A stretch of DNA of 64,000 nt, from the NCBI GenBank assembly GCA_038150265.1, contig JAYOTF010000001.1:98092-162091 (forward strand). The letters run 5' to 3'. Below are positions 1-9,739 of the stretch, piece by piece. The notes below the pieces were generated by a model. That model did no database searches and was not told the DNA's origin. It worked only from the letters and a program-made list of their open reading frames with translations. The position numbers were made by a program, and so were the translations under genes. The stretch comes from Deltaproteobacteria bacterium (GTDB lineage: Bacteria > SAR324 > NAC60-12). The first letter of the stretch is position 1. Every line of letters starts with the position of its first letter.

Positions 1-1
1 C

Positions 2-106
2 ATCACCCTGGCGCAAACCAGGCTGGGCTGGAGTCCGCAGGTGCCTCTTCGTGAAGGGCTGGAGCGGACCATCGGCTACTTTGATGAACTGCTTCGGCAA
101 TCCTGA
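2..106 (+). CDS. C-terminal fragment of NAD-dependent epimerase/dehydratase (UDP-glucuronate decarboxylase / dTDP-glucose dehydratase-like); 5' end lies outside the window
   Basis: Frame-2 translation ITLAQTRLGWSPQVPLREGLERTIGYFDELLRQS* matches the conserved C-terminal tail of SDR-family sugar epimerases/dehydratases. Stop TGA at 104-106. Confidence 0.5.
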   Translation: MTLAQTRLGWSPQVPLREGLERTIGYFDELLRQS

Positions 107-120
107 GACCTGAGACCCCA

Positions 121-2415
121 ATGAAGAAGCGCTGCCTTTCCGCCTTCCTGCTCCTCATGGCCTCAGTCGGGGGAGGCTCCCTTGCTCTGGCGCAGTCCTC
201 GGGCTTTGCCCAGCCTGCAGGAGAGGCTGAATTAGCAGAACCGGCGGACGCTCTGGCGTACAGTGCCGATGAATCCATGCTGGCCGCCGGCTTCACGGAT
301 GGCTCCGATGGCAAGGTTCAACTCCTGGACCGGGCCAGTGGCAAACCCATCGCCGTGTTGACCTCCGAGGACAACCCCATTCGCGAACTGGCTTCCGACC
401 TCAAGCAACGGCGCCTGGTTGTTGCTGGGGAAAAACGCCTGGAAATGTGGAACCTCGAAAACCTGGAGACCGGAGAGGTTTCCTCAGACCAGCGCGTCTG
501 GAGCCACGAAGCCGAAACCCAGCAGGTGCAGATTACCCCAACCGGTGAGGCCGTCCGGTGGCTCGAAGACGGCAAGCTCCGGGAATCGCCGCTGGATGCC
601 ATGCAGCCCAGGGACATTGCTGAAGTCGCGGATGCCTCCGGACACGCTCAGAGCCGAGACGAGTCCATGCTGGCTGTTTCCAAGGACAAGGAAGGCGTCG
701 TCAGCGTTTATGCCGACGGAGAGCCCCAGCCTGATCTCGACTACCACCTCTTTCCGGTCAAGGACATGAAGTTCCTTCCGGACGGCAAGCTCCTCTCCCT
801 GGATGAAGCCGGGAACCTGATCTGGGGCGACGTCGCCAACCGCATCAAGGAACGGCAGCTTGTGGTTCCGCATCCGGAAGAAACCCAGCTGGTGCGTGTG
901 GAGCCCCTGCTTGAAGAAAAGGCTGTGGTGGCCGTGCAGCAGGCCGATGACGAACACGAAGCCGTGGTGCTGGATTACCGTGGCCAGGAGCAGGAACGCT
1001 TCGCCCTGAGCTCATCGGAAGCCCTGGCGATCAGTCCCACGGGCGCCCACATGGCGTACTCCGACCCCAAGGGCAAGGTTCGCTTCATGGATGTCCCCTC
1101 CAGCGAATCGCCCAAGGCCTACGCCCAGCGCCTCCGGAGCCTGGATGCCCCGGAAACGGCCCGCCGTTACCTCAACCAGCTGGACCCGATGGCGGCGGCC
1201 AATCGTGAGGAGCAGCAGATCAACGAAGTGGCACTTCTGGAAGATCGCCTGAAGGGAGCCCTCAAGGCCGGAAAGTGGGTGGAGGTCGATCAGCTTGCTC
1301 GCGAGTTGCTCACCGTTGACCCCAGAAATAGCGTGGGGCGGAGCGCGCAGCTGCAGCTCAAGGGACGCCAGGACTTGCTTCAGATTGAGAAGGCCAAGCA
1401 GCTCATGGAGGTGGGAGACTACGAACGGGCGGCTGCCCTGCTGGCCAAGGTTCCCAGCAACAGCGAACAGTATGAAGAAGCCCGGGAACTCCTCAGCCTG
1501 GCAGAGCGCAAGAGCCAGATTCAGCAAAACCTCCGGAACGCCCGGGCGAGCATGCGCGTCAGCAACTGGGACCTCGCCCGAGTTCAGGTGGAAAAGGTGC
1601 TGCAGCAAGAACCCAACAACCCCCAGGCCCTTGCCTTGCTGAAGGAGATCAACTCCAGCTCCCGTTGGGAGACCTTCCAGTTTTGGGGCATCCCGACACT
1701 GGCGCTGGTGGGTTTTGCGGGGTTGGGCTTCTTTCTTTACTTGAAGCGTCCCAAGTGGCTCAATCGCCTGAGTGTCGACGAAGAGCCCGCGCCCCTGAAA
1801 AAACGCCCGGGCGCTCCGGCCTCTCCGAAGGCCAAGACAGCCAAGGCCACCACGCCGGAAGGTCCCTCGCTTGATGAGCAACGGTACCGAGAGGCGCTGG
1901 CCAAAACCACGGAGCTGCTCCGGATTGCCCTGCGTAAGGATGCTCACCGCGAACACGCCGTCCGGCTCATGGACTTCCAGGCCGAGCTCAAGATCATCGC
2001 TCAGAAGGGAAAGGCTCCGAACGCCGACTTCCGCCTCCTGGTCACCCAGCTGCTGGTGCTGCAACAGACCCTCCGGAACCTCAAGTTCCGGGGCAAGGCC
2101 CGAAGCAGTACCAAGGAGTCCGGCCCCCAGGAAGGGGAGCAGCAGACCCATGAGCAGGCCACAGCAGCACCCTCCGGAGGCAAGGAGGACACCTACTACC
2201 AGGTACTGGGAGTCGCGCCAGACGCCTCAGCCGAGGACATCAAGAAGGCCTACCACCAGAAACTCAAGGAATATCATCCAGATCGGCACCAAAGCAGCGA
2301 GTTCGGCTGGATCAAGGAACAGGCGGAAGCCATGACCTTGAAGGTCCGGGAAGCCTTCGATACCCTGGGCAACCCCGCGACCCGAAAAAAGTATGATCAG
2401 AAATTGCGTTCGTGA
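121..2415 (+). CDS. Large membrane-anchored J-domain protein (DjlA-like): signal peptide, periplasmic repeat region, TPR-like helical region, one TM helix, cytoplasmic region and a C-terminal DnaJ J-domain
   Basis: N-terminus MKKRCLSAFLLLMASVGGGSLALAQ is a signal peptide. A TM segment FQFWGIPTLALVGFAGLGFFLYL follows. The C-terminus YYQVLGVAPDASAEDIKKAYHQKLKEYHPDRH carries the HPD tripeptide of a J-domain. Confidence 0.7.
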   Translation: MKKRCLSAFLLLMASVGGGSLALAQSSGFAQPAGEAELAEPADALAYSADESMLAAGFTDGSDGKVQLLDRASGKPIAVLTSEDNPIRELASDLKQRRLVVAGEKRLEMWNLENLETGEVSSDQRVWSHEAETQQVQITPTGEAVRWLEDGKLRESPLDAMQPRDIAEVADASGHAQSRDESMLAVSKDKEGVVSVYADGEPQPDLDYHLFPVKDMKFLPDGKLLSLDEAGNLIWGDVANRIKERQLVVPHPEETQLVRVEPLLEEKAVVAVQQADDEHEAVVLDYRGQEQERFALSSSEALAISPTGAHMAYSDPKGKVRFMDVPSSESPKAYAQRLRSLDAPETARRYLNQLDPMAAANREEQQINEVALLEDRLKGALKAGKWVEVDQLARELLTVDPRNSVGRSAQLQLKGRQDLLQIEKAKQLMEVGDYERAAALLAKVPSNSEQYEEARELLSLAERKSQIQQNLRNARASMRVSNWDLARVQVEKVLQQEPNNPQALALLKEINSSSRWETFQFWGIPTLALVGFAGLGFFLYLKRPKWLNRLSVDEEPAPLKKRPGAPASPKAKTAKATTPEGPSLDEQRYREALAKTTELLRIALRKDAHREHAVRLMDFQAELKIIAQKGKAPNADFRLLVTQLLVLQQTLRNLKFRGKARSSTKESGPQEGEQQTHEQATAAPSGGKEDTYYQVLGVAPDASAEDIKKAYHQKLKEYHPDRHQSSEFGWIKEQAEAMTLKVREAFDTLGNPATRKKYDQKLRS

Positions 2416-2426
2416 CCACCGATAAG

Positions 2427-2447
2427 GTTTTCTTTCCTGAAGAAAAC
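2427..2447 (+). other. Perfect 8-bp inverted repeat (GTTTTCTT-tcctg-AAGAAAAC) flanked by direct GATAAG repeats, between the J-domain gene and the response regulator gene
   Basis: Read directly from the sequence. The stem is AT-rich and no T-run follows, so it is not a classical terminator. Confidence 0.3.
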
Positions 2448-2502
2448 ACGATAAGCTTGTTCTCTTTTCCGCCGGAGAAGTTGAACCCCTTAATGAAGAC
2501 TC

Positions 2503-2868
2503 ATGAAAATTCTATACATTGAGGACGACCATGCACTCCGTGATCTGATGCAGGAAGTGCTGGAGGGAGAAGGATTTGAGGTAACCGTTGCAGGAACCGG
2601 CAACGCGGGCATCCAGCTCTTTCCAGAGGTTCAGCCTGATGTGGTCATCACCGACCTCATCATGCCCGATGGAGACGGAGAGGAAGTGATCGCCGCTCTC
2701 AAGCAACTGCCTCCGCCCCACCCGCGGATCATTGTCTTCAGCGGCATGTGGGCCGATGATGGAATGACCATTGAGGAGCACGCCAAGCGGCTGGGAGCTG
2801 ATGCCGGCCTCGCCAAGCCGGTGGAGTTCAGCACCTTGCTGGAAACCATCAAGGAACTCCACCCTTAA
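2503..2868 (+). CDS. Single-domain response regulator receiver protein (CheY-like)
   Basis: MKILYIEDDHALRDLMQEVLEGEGFEV...VVITDLIMPDGDGEEVI...LAKP shows the conserved acidic pocket, phospho-acceptor Asp and Lys. The 121 aa contain no output domain. Confidence 0.85.
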   Translation: MKILYIEDDHALRDLMQEVLEGEGFEVTVAGTGNAGIQLFPEVQPDVVITDLIMPDGDGEEVIAALKQLPPPHPRIIVFSGMWADDGMTIEEHAKRLGADAGLAKPVEFSTLLETIKELHP

Positions 2869-2880
2869 GCCCTTTCTCCA

Positions 2881-2917
2881 GAACCCGAACAGGGGCACTG
2901 GTTCTTTTGGGTTGGAC
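2881..2917 (+). terminator. Candidate rho-independent terminator after the response regulator gene
   Basis: AGAACC-(14 nt loop)-GGTTCT followed by TTTTGGG. The loop is long, hence low confidence. Confidence 0.3.
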
Positions 2918-3030
2918 CCGCCGTACGGTTCCCCTCCCGCCTCCGTTTCTTGCTTTTTTCTTCACCTCCGCGCCGTTATGAGATCAAGGCTGCTTCCTGT
3001 TGCCTTCATCAGTTCCCCTGAAAGACGGGA

Positions 3031-5088
3031 GTGGTTTTCCAGCCGCTTCATCCGATGAACACCACTCTGCTCAAAAACCTCTGGCGCCAGATCACTCGGA
3101 AGCTGCTTCCTCCCATTGCGACGGCTTCCGACCTGCCGCGTCAGCAGCAGCAAATCCTTCGGGTCCTGATCCTGGGGTTGGTCCTGGTGACCGGCATCAG
3201 CTCCGTTCTGGACATCTGGCCCACTCCGCGCCTGATCGGCGTCCGGGTTCTGTGTGGCCTCCTGCTGGTGCTTTACGTGGTGGAGCTGCGCCACTCGCCC
3301 AGCTGGACCCGGTGGGGCTTCATTGGCCTGACAGCGCTGTACCCGCTTTATGAGCTGCTCGCCGGGTTGCCTCCGGATGAGGTGCTGCCCTGGTTTTCCG
3401 TGTCGCTCATCATCTCCGGGTTCAACCTCTCATCCCGGAAGCTGGTCACCTTCTTCACCTCCCTGATCCTGACCCTCTTGGTGCTTCCCCTCGTGGGAGC
3501 CGCAGGAACCCTGGAGCAGTGGGGAGGAGGGATCGCCTTGCTCAGCTCTTTGTTTGTGCTGGTGTTCTTTGCCAACACCCTCTCCAAGGCTCAGCTGAAG
3601 GAGTTACAGACTCAGCAGGAAGCGCTCCGCCGCATTACCAGCGAACGGGACAGCCTGCTGGCCTCCGGAGAGATCGGCATTTGGTCCTGGGAACAAGACC
3701 GGTTTCTCTGGGACGCCACCACCCTGAAACTGTTCCGCCGCGAAGCGCCTCCTGCTTCACCTGAGGAGTTCTTTGCACTCCTTCATGAAAAGGACCGCGA
3801 CCGCATCATCGCCCTGATCGAATCCGAATCCGATACCACGGAGTTCGAGTTCCGGCTTCAAGGGTTTCCCGAGAACTACATCCTGCTTTCCAAGGGACGC
3901 ACCATCCGAGATGCTCAGGGCAAGCCGCTCCGGCGTGAAGGGACGACTCAGGACATCAGCAAGCTCCGGCAAGCGGAAGTGGAACTGGATCAATCACGAG
4001 CCCTCAATCAGGAGATTCTGGAGACGATCAACGATGGGCTCATCGTGGTCAACGCCAACCGCCAGCGGGTCGCCGTCAACCGCAGAATCATGGAGCTGAC
4101 GGGCTTCACACGAGACGAACTCCTCACCCTGCCTCCCACTGAAACCTACTGGCCTCCAGAGGAGCAGAAGCACTTGAGTCAGGAGTTGGGCAAGGTCTTC
4201 CAGACCGGAGAGCGCGTGCAGCTGAAAACGCTCTACCGCCGCAAGGACGGGAGCCTGTTTCCGGTGCTGCTGTCCGCAGGCGCGATCTTTGACGCCAACG
4301 ACACTCCTCTCTACAGCGTCGCCCTGATTCACGACCTCACCCTGACGCAAGCCGCCGAACAGGAGCGGCGGAATGTGGAGATCAAGGCCATCAGCCAGTC
4401 GAAGCTCGCCCAGATCGGGGAGCTGGCCTCCATCATGGCTCATGAAATCAACACCCCCCTGGCCCACGTCCAGATGGTGCTGGACTCCATTCAGCTCCAC
4501 TTGAAGAAAGGAGCCCTGGCAGCGGAACAGGTGGGCCCCAGGCTGGTCACTGCCGGGAAGCAGGTCAAGCGCATCAAGCAGATCATCGACCACATGCGCC
4601 TCTACGCCCGTGCTGAATCAGCCGAACGGACATCCATTGCGCTGGAGACGCTTTTGGACAGCGCCATGATTCTGATCGAAGGACGGCTCCGGCTCCATCG
4701 GGTTCAGCTGACACGGGAGCTGGCTCCGGATCTGCCGCTGCTGTACGTCAACCCCACCCAACTGGAGCAGGCCTTCCTCAACCTGATCAACAATGCCATG
4801 GAAGCTCTGGAAGCGACGGAGCAGAAGGCCATTCACCTCCGCGCCCGAGCTACCGCCCAGCAGATGTACATTGACATTGAAGACAACGGTGCCGGCATGA
4901 GTCCGGAAACGCTGCAGCACCTCTTCACGCCCTTCTTCACCACCAAACCGGCAGGGCAGGGCACCGGGCTCGGATTGTCCATCACCCAGAGCATCATCAC
5001 CGAACATGGCGGACACATTGAGTGCATCTCTGAGCCTCAGTGCGGAACGACGTTCTCCATTACCCTCCCGGTTCTCTCTCCGGCATGA
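3031..5088 (+). CDS. Membrane-bound PAS-domain sensor histidine kinase
   Basis: N-terminal hydrophobic segments are followed by PAS-like regions. H-box MAHEINTPLAHV, N-box LNLINNAMEA, G1 DNGAGM and G2 GTGLGLSI are all present. The stop overlaps the cca start (ATGA). Confidence 0.85.
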   Translation: MVFQPLHPMNTTLLKNLWRQITRKLLPPIATASDLPRQQQQILRVLILGLVLVTGISSVLDIWPTPRLIGVRVLCGLLLVLYVVELRHSPSWTRWGFIGLTALYPLYELLAGLPPDEVLPWFSVSLIISGFNLSSRKLVTFFTSLILTLLVLPLVGAAGTLEQWGGGIALLSSLFVLVFFANTLSKAQLKELQTQQEALRRITSERDSLLASGEIGIWSWEQDRFLWDATTLKLFRREAPPASPEEFFALLHEKDRDRIIALIESESDTTEFEFRLQGFPENYILLSKGRTIRDAQGKPLRREGTTQDISKLRQAEVELDQSRALNQEILETINDGLIVVNANRQRVAVNRRIMELTGFTRDELLTLPPTETYWPPEEQKHLSQELGKVFQTGERVQLKTLYRRKDGSLFPVLLSAGAIFDANDTPLYSVALIHDLTLTQAAEQERRNVEIKAISQSKLAQIGELASIMAHEINTPLAHVQMVLDSIQLHLKKGALAAEQVGPRLVTAGKQVKRIKQIIDHMRLYARAESAERTSIALETLLDSAMILIEGRLRLHRVQLTRELAPDLPLLYVNPTQLEQAFLNLINNAMEALEATEQKAIHLRARATAQQMYIDIEDNGAGMSPETLQHLFTPFFTTKPAGQGTGLGLSITQSIITEHGGHIECISEPQCGTTFSITLPVLSPA

Positions 5089-6476
5089 CACTTTCCCCTC
5101 TCCCTCTCCCTGAAGAGCTTCAGCGCATTGCGCAGGCCCTGAGCCAATCGGGGGGGCAGGCCTACCTGGTGGGCGGAGCCGTTCGCGATGCCTTGCTCGG
5201 AATTCCGCTTCCCAAGGACCTGGACGTGGAAGTCTTTGGCCTGGAGGCCGCTCGGCTGGAAGCGGTGTTACAGGGCTTCGGCAGGGTGCAGCTGGTGGGA
5301 AAGAGCTTTGGCGTCTGGAAGCTTGCCACAGAACAGGCCGATTACGACTTCAGCCTGCCCCGAAGAGAACGCAAGGTTGCGGCGGGGCACCAGGGATTTG
5401 AAGTGGAGTCCGATGCCCAGATGAGCTTTGCCGAAGCCGCTTCGCGGCGTGACTTCACCATCAACAGCATGGGGTACGACCTGCTTGCGCAACGTTGGGA
5501 AGACCCGTACGGAGGCGCCTCCGACTTGCGCAGGCGCTTGCTGCGTCACATCGGCCCGGCCTTTTCGGAAGATCCCCTCCGGGCCCTCCGGGCGGTTCAG
5601 TTTGTCGGACGTTTTCAGCTCTCACTCCATCCGGATACCGTCCGGCTGTGCCGTCAGCAAGACCTGGCTGAGGTTTCTCCTGAGCGACTCTTTGAGGAGT
5701 TCCGGAAGCTGTTCCTGAAGGCGCCGGTGCCTTCGTTGGGAATGCGGGCCCTTGAAGAAATGAACGGCCTGCGCTTCTTTCCCGAGCTACAGGCCCTCAC
5801 TCAGACTCCTCAGCAGCCGGAGTGGCATCCGGAGGGAAACGTTTGGCTGCACACCCTGATGGTCCTTGACGAAGCCGCCCGCCTGCGCACCTCTGAAGAC
5901 TCCGACGACCTGGCGCTGATGCTCGGAGCCCTTTGCCATGACCTGGGCAAGCCTCCGACGACCGTCTGGCAAGACGAACGCTGGCGCAGCCCCCGTCACG
6001 ATGGGGTTGGCGTCGAGGTCACCCGGCGCCTCCTGGACCGCCTCACACGGCATCAGGCGCTCATCGAAACAGTCTGTGCGCTGGTGCAGAATCACCTGCA
6101 GCCTTATCACCTCTATCACCTCCGGGAGCGCCTCACATCGGGAGCCATCCGGAGGCTGGCGTTGCGGATCTCCATCCCGTTGCTGGTTCGGCTCGCTCAG
6201 GCGGATTTCTCCGGCAGGACGCTCCCGGAGTCACTCGCCCGAGACTTTCCAGCAGGCACCTGGCTTCTCGAAGAGGCCGCTCGCCTGAAGGTGGCCGACC
6301 GCAAACCCCAGCCGCTGCTGCAGGGTCGGCACCTGATGGCACTTGGGGTCAAGCCTGGCCCACAGATGGGGCAATTGCTTCAAGAGGCGTTTGAGCAGCA
6401 GCTCGAAGGCGCCTTCCACACCCTTCCAGACGCACAGGCCTGGATCCGGAAGCGCTTGGATTCATCTTGCTCTTGA
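5085..6476 (+). CDS. cca: CCA-adding tRNA nucleotidyltransferase with HD phosphohydrolase domain
   Basis: Pol-beta-like head LVGGAVRDALLGIPLPKDLDVEV and RRDFTINSM, plus an HD motif (HTLMVLDEAA...CHDLGK). Start ATG at 5085 overlaps the kinase stop (ATGA). Confidence 0.85.
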   Translation: MTLSPLPLPEELQRIAQALSQSGGQAYLVGGAVRDALLGIPLPKDLDVEVFGLEAARLEAVLQGFGRVQLVGKSFGVWKLATEQADYDFSLPRRERKVAAGHQGFEVESDAQMSFAEAASRRDFTINSMGYDLLAQRWEDPYGGASDLRRRLLRHIGPAFSEDPLRALRAVQFVGRFQLSLHPDTVRLCRQQDLAEVSPERLFEEFRKLFLKAPVPSLGMRALEEMNGLRFFPELQALTQTPQQPEWHPEGNVWLHTLMVLDEAARLRTSEDSDDLALMLGALCHDLGKPPTTVWQDERWRSPRHDGVGVEVTRRLLDRLTRHQALIETVCALVQNHLQPYHLYHLRERLTSGAIRRLALRISIPLLVRLAQADFSGRTLPESLARDFPAGTWLLEEAARLKVADRKPQPLLQGRHLMALGVKPGPQMGQLLQEAFEQQLEGAFHTLPDAQAWIRKRLDSSCS

Positions 6477-6523
6477 GCGTTTCGTTTTCCAGAATCTTTA
6501 GATTTTCTTGACCTGCTGTTGCC

Positions 6524-6988
6524 ATGGAAACCAAGGTTCTCATCAATAACCGACGAGCTCGGTTTGACTACGAAGTCCTCCAGTCCTTTGAAGCGGGCAT
6601 CGCTTTACGGGGGACAGAAGTCAAAAGCATCCGGGAGGGGAAGATCAACCTCACCGAAGGGTTCTGCCGGATCAGTGAGCGCCTGGAAGTCTTCTTGGTC
6701 AACGTCCATATCTCGCCTTACGACTTTGGCAATCGCCACAACCACGACCCGCTTCGGGAACGGCGCCTCCTCCTGCACCGCTCGGAAATCCGGCGGCTCT
6801 ATGGGCTCGTCCGGGAGCAGGGCCTGACCCTCATTCCGCTCAAGCTCTACCTCAAGCGAGGGCGCGTGAAGGTGCAGCTGGGGCTGGTTCGTGGCAAGAA
6901 GACCCATGACAAACGCGACTCTATCAAAAAGAAGGACGCTCAGCGTGAAGTTGAACGTACCTTGCGAGATCGCCAACGGAGTTCGTGA
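6524..6988 (+). CDS. smpB: SsrA-binding protein SmpB
   Basis: METKVLINNRRARFDYEVLQSFEAGIALRGTEVKSIREGKINL is the canonical SmpB N-terminus. Length 154 aa. Confidence 0.9.
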   Translation: METKVLINNRRARFDYEVLQSFEAGIALRGTEVKSIREGKINLTEGFCRISERLEVFLVNVHISPYDFGNRHNHDPLRERRLLLHRSEIRRLYGLVREQGLTLIPLKLYLKRGRVKVQLGLVRGKKTHDKRDSIKKKDAQREVERTLRDRQRSS

Positions 6989-8133
6989 GTTCTGATCCCA
7001 CCTCCTTATCCTGGTTAGCCCTCAGCCTGGTCTCTGGGCTGGGGCCCAAAAAAGTGGAGCACCTCCTCCAGCAGTTTTCCTCCGTTGAGAACCTCCTGCA
7101 GGCGCCCGCCCCGCAGCTGGCTCAAGCCGGCATTTCCGAGACCCTGGCCCAACGCATTTCTCAGGCAAAAGAGACCCGGAGTTTCATGATGGAACGAAGG
7201 TTGCTTGAAGAGTCTTCAGAGGTTCGGCTATTTTGTCCAGATTCACCTGAATACCCTAGGAATCTCAAGGAAATCGCGACGCCTCCACTGGTCCTGTACT
7301 GGACTGGAAGCCTCCAGAAACTGGAAGGCCCCTGCGTCGCGTTTGTCGGATCTCGGACCTGCAGCGCCTACGGACGGCAGCAGACGCGTCGTTTGATTGA
7401 AGAGCTGGCTCAGGCGCTTCCAGAGGTCACGATCATCAGCGGGCTGGCCCGGGGCGTCGATACCGTTGCGCACGAGGCTGCGCTGGAGCTCGGTCTTCCG
7501 ACCGTCGCCGTTTTGGCGGGAGGCCTGCAGCACATCTACCCTCCGGAAAATCAGCCGCTTGCCGAGGCCATCCAGCAACACGGCGCGCTGGTTTCGGAGT
7601 TTCCGCTGGCGCTGCGACCAGTCGCCCGAAATTTTCCGATCCGGAACCGGGTGATCAGCGGACTCTCGCACGCGGTTGTGGTCACCGAGGCTCGGGCCCG
7701 CAGTGGCGCCCTGATCACTGCAGCCTTTGCGCTGCAACAAAACCGAGAGGTCTTTGCGCTGCCCGGACGCGTTGATGCTCCCGCCAGCGAGGGTCCGAAT
7801 TCGCTGATTGCTCGTCAGCAGGCACGCCTGATCCGGCGGGCACAGGACCTTCTGGACGAATTACCGCACCTGCAGTCACGCTCGGTGCAGCAGCCCGAAC
7901 TTCCACTGGCTCCTCTGAAGCGTGTGCCGCTGAGAGAGCTTTCTGAGCCGCACCAAGCCATCTTGACGGCTCTGAACACAGGCATTGAAGAAGTGGATCG
8001 GCTCCATGTGGAGAGCCAGGTTCCCATGGCCAACTTGCTCTCAGCTTTGATTGAGTTGGAGTTGATGGGATACATACAACCCCAAGGAGGCCAGCGTTAC
8101 CGGTTGGAACCGAACTTGGAACTGGTAAACTGA
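6985..8133 (+). CDS. dprA: DNA-processing protein DprA (Smf)
   Basis: A SAM-like N-terminal domain (LALSLVSGLGPKKVEHLL) precedes a Rossmann DprA core (FVGSRTCSAYGRQQTRRLIEELAQ...ISGLARGVDTVAHEAAL). GTG start overlaps the smpB stop. Confidence 0.85.
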   Translation: MSSDPTSLSWLALSLVSGLGPKKVEHLLQQFSSVENLLQAPAPQLAQAGISETLAQRISQAKETRSFMMERRLLEESSEVRLFCPDSPEYPRNLKEIATPPLVLYWTGSLQKLEGPCVAFVGSRTCSAYGRQQTRRLIEELAQALPEVTIISGLARGVDTVAHEAALELGLPTVAVLAGGLQHIYPPENQPLAEAIQQHGALVSEFPLALRPVARNFPIRNRVISGLSHAVVVTEARARSGALITAAFALQQNREVFALPGRVDAPASEGPNSLIARQQARLIRRAQDLLDELPHLQSRSVQQPELPLAPLKRVPLRELSEPHQAILTALNTGIEEVDRLHVESQVPMANLLSALIELELMGYIQPQGGQRYRLEPNLELVN

Positions 8134-8145
8134 AGCAAACAGACC

Positions 8146-9009
8146 ATGAGCGATCTGGAAACCACCATATACGTTGTTGGCGCCAAGCGCAGATGGGCTC
8201 TGCGGGGCCGGGTCTTGAGACGCGTCATCACTTTTATCGTGATCATCTTACTCGGTCTGGCGCTTACCATCACTTACCTCGTCTACTCGCACCAGAAGGT
8301 TGTCAGCAACCTGCAGGAACAGTTTGACCAGGAGGCCCTGAAGAGCGCCAAGCTCCAGGCCCTGCTGGTGGACCGCAACACCCAGGAAGCCCTGGCTCCG
8401 GAGGTGCAGTCTCCTGAAGAGAAGAGCCTGACCGACCAACAGGCCGAGCTCATTGAACGCCAGAAGCGTCAGCTTCAGGAACTGCGAGATTCCCTGCGCC
8501 AGCGCGAGCTCGTGGTGCAGCAGTTGGAGATTGAGAAGCGCTCCTCTCAGGGTCAGATTGACGACCTGCAGGAGCAACTCCGGGAAACCGAAACCGCCCT
8601 CCGGCAGGTGGAAGCTGAAGTTGAGGACCTCCGGGACCAGAACCTGGCTGAGTCCGGCGCACCTCCTCAACCCGAGCGCAACAGCGAGGTTTCCTCAGAC
8701 AAGATGCTCCTGGTCGAGGCCCTGAAGATGAACCTGCGAGACAGCGTCCTCAGCCTGCGCTTCAACCTCACCAACAACACCGGCGAAATCCAGCAAGGAC
8801 GCGTGGGGGTTCTGCTGGTCGGCAAGGATCAGCTGAGTGAGGAGCTGGAGTACAACCCGGCACGCTCCATTCCGTTCCGCATTCGCCGGTTCCGGGTCAT
8901 CTCCAAGGAGTATCAGGTCAAGTCTCCCGATCAGTACGTCCGCATTGTCGCCTGGAACGACGACCAGAAGATGATCATGGATGAAAACTTCCCTGTCTCG
9001 TCCAACTGA
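8146..9009 (+). CDS. Hypothetical single-pass membrane protein with long coiled-coil and C-terminal beta-rich domain
   Basis: TM helix VITFIVIILLGLALTITYLVY. Heptad-rich, Gln/Glu/Leu/Arg-rich segment from residue ~50 to 170. No recognisable catalytic motif. Confidence 0.5.
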   Translation: MSDLETTIYVVGAKRRWALRGRVLRRVITFIVIILLGLALTITYLVYSHQKVVSNLQEQFDQEALKSAKLQALLVDRNTQEALAPEVQSPEEKSLTDQQAELIERQKRQLQELRDSLRQRELVVQQLEIEKRSSQGQIDDLQEQLRETETALRQVEAEVEDLRDQNLAESGAPPQPERNSEVSSDKMLLVEALKMNLRDSVLSLRFNLTNNTGEIQQGRVGVLLVGKDQLSEELEYNPARSIPFRIRRFRVISKEYQVKSPDQYVRIVAWNDDQKMIMDENFPVSSN

Positions 9010-9739
9010 CTTGAAGCCCGCCCCCTTGATTGAGCTGGAGGCCGTCACCAAGCGCTTTGGGTACCGGACCATCCTCCACCAACTCAGCACCTCCATTGCC
9101 CCCGGAGAGTCCGTGTTGCTGCTGGGCAACAACGGGGCCGGGAAGTCCACCCTTCTGCGCCTGATCAGCTCCCTCTCTCGTCCCACCTCCGGACAGATCT
9201 GCTTCCGCGGCAAGCCCTACGCCGACTGCCACATGGACCTGCTGGAGAACCTGGGGGTCATCTCGCACGAAAGCCGGCTCTATCCGGACCTCAGCGCCGA
9301 GGAAAACCTGCGCCTGTTCGGAACCCTGCACCGGGCCACCAACCTGAATGAACGCATTCCGGAGGTCCTGGAAGAGGTCCGCCTGGCTCATGTCCGTCTG
9401 GCTCCCGTCCGGACCTTCAGTAGTGGCATGACCAAGCGCCTGATGATCGCCCGGGTGCTGCTGTATCGCCCTCCCCTGCTGCTGATGGATGAGCCCTACA
9501 CTGGGCTGGACCAAAGCTCGGTGCGGTGGCTGCAGGACCTGCTGGTGTCCCACCAAAAAGCAGGAGGCAGCCTGATTCTGGTCACCCACCAGCTTGACCT
9601 CGGCCTCGAGGTTGCGACCCGGGTGCTGCTCCTCCACAAGCACCGGTTGTCCCAAGACCTTCCGGTTGCTGAGGCCACTCTGGAAACCTGCTCCTCCTGG
9701 CTGAACGATGGAGTTCACTACTCACCTTCAGAATCCTGA
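8981..9739 (+). CDS. ABC transporter ATP-binding protein
   Basis: Walker A GNNGAGKST, signature FSSGMTKRL, Walker B LLLMDEP. The true start may be the TTG at 9011, one nt after the upstream stop. Confidence 0.8.
   Translation: MKTSLSRPTDLKPAPLIELEAVTKRFGYRTILHQLSTSIAPGESVLLLGNNGAGKSTLLRLISSLSRPTSGQICFRGKPYADCHMDLLENLGVISHESRLYPDLSAEENLRLFGTLHRATNLNERIPEVLEEVRLAHVRLAPVRTFSSGMTKRLMIARVLLYRPPLLLMDEPYTGLDQSSVRWLQDLLVSHQKAGGSLILVTHQLDLGLEVATRVLLLHKHRLSQDLPVAEATLETCSSWLNDGVHYSPSES

Noticed and set aside
3-314. 103-aa minus-strand ORF at the window start
   Set aside because: It overlaps the plus-strand epimerase C-terminus and the J-domain gene start, and has Ala/Ser/Pro-rich low complexity.
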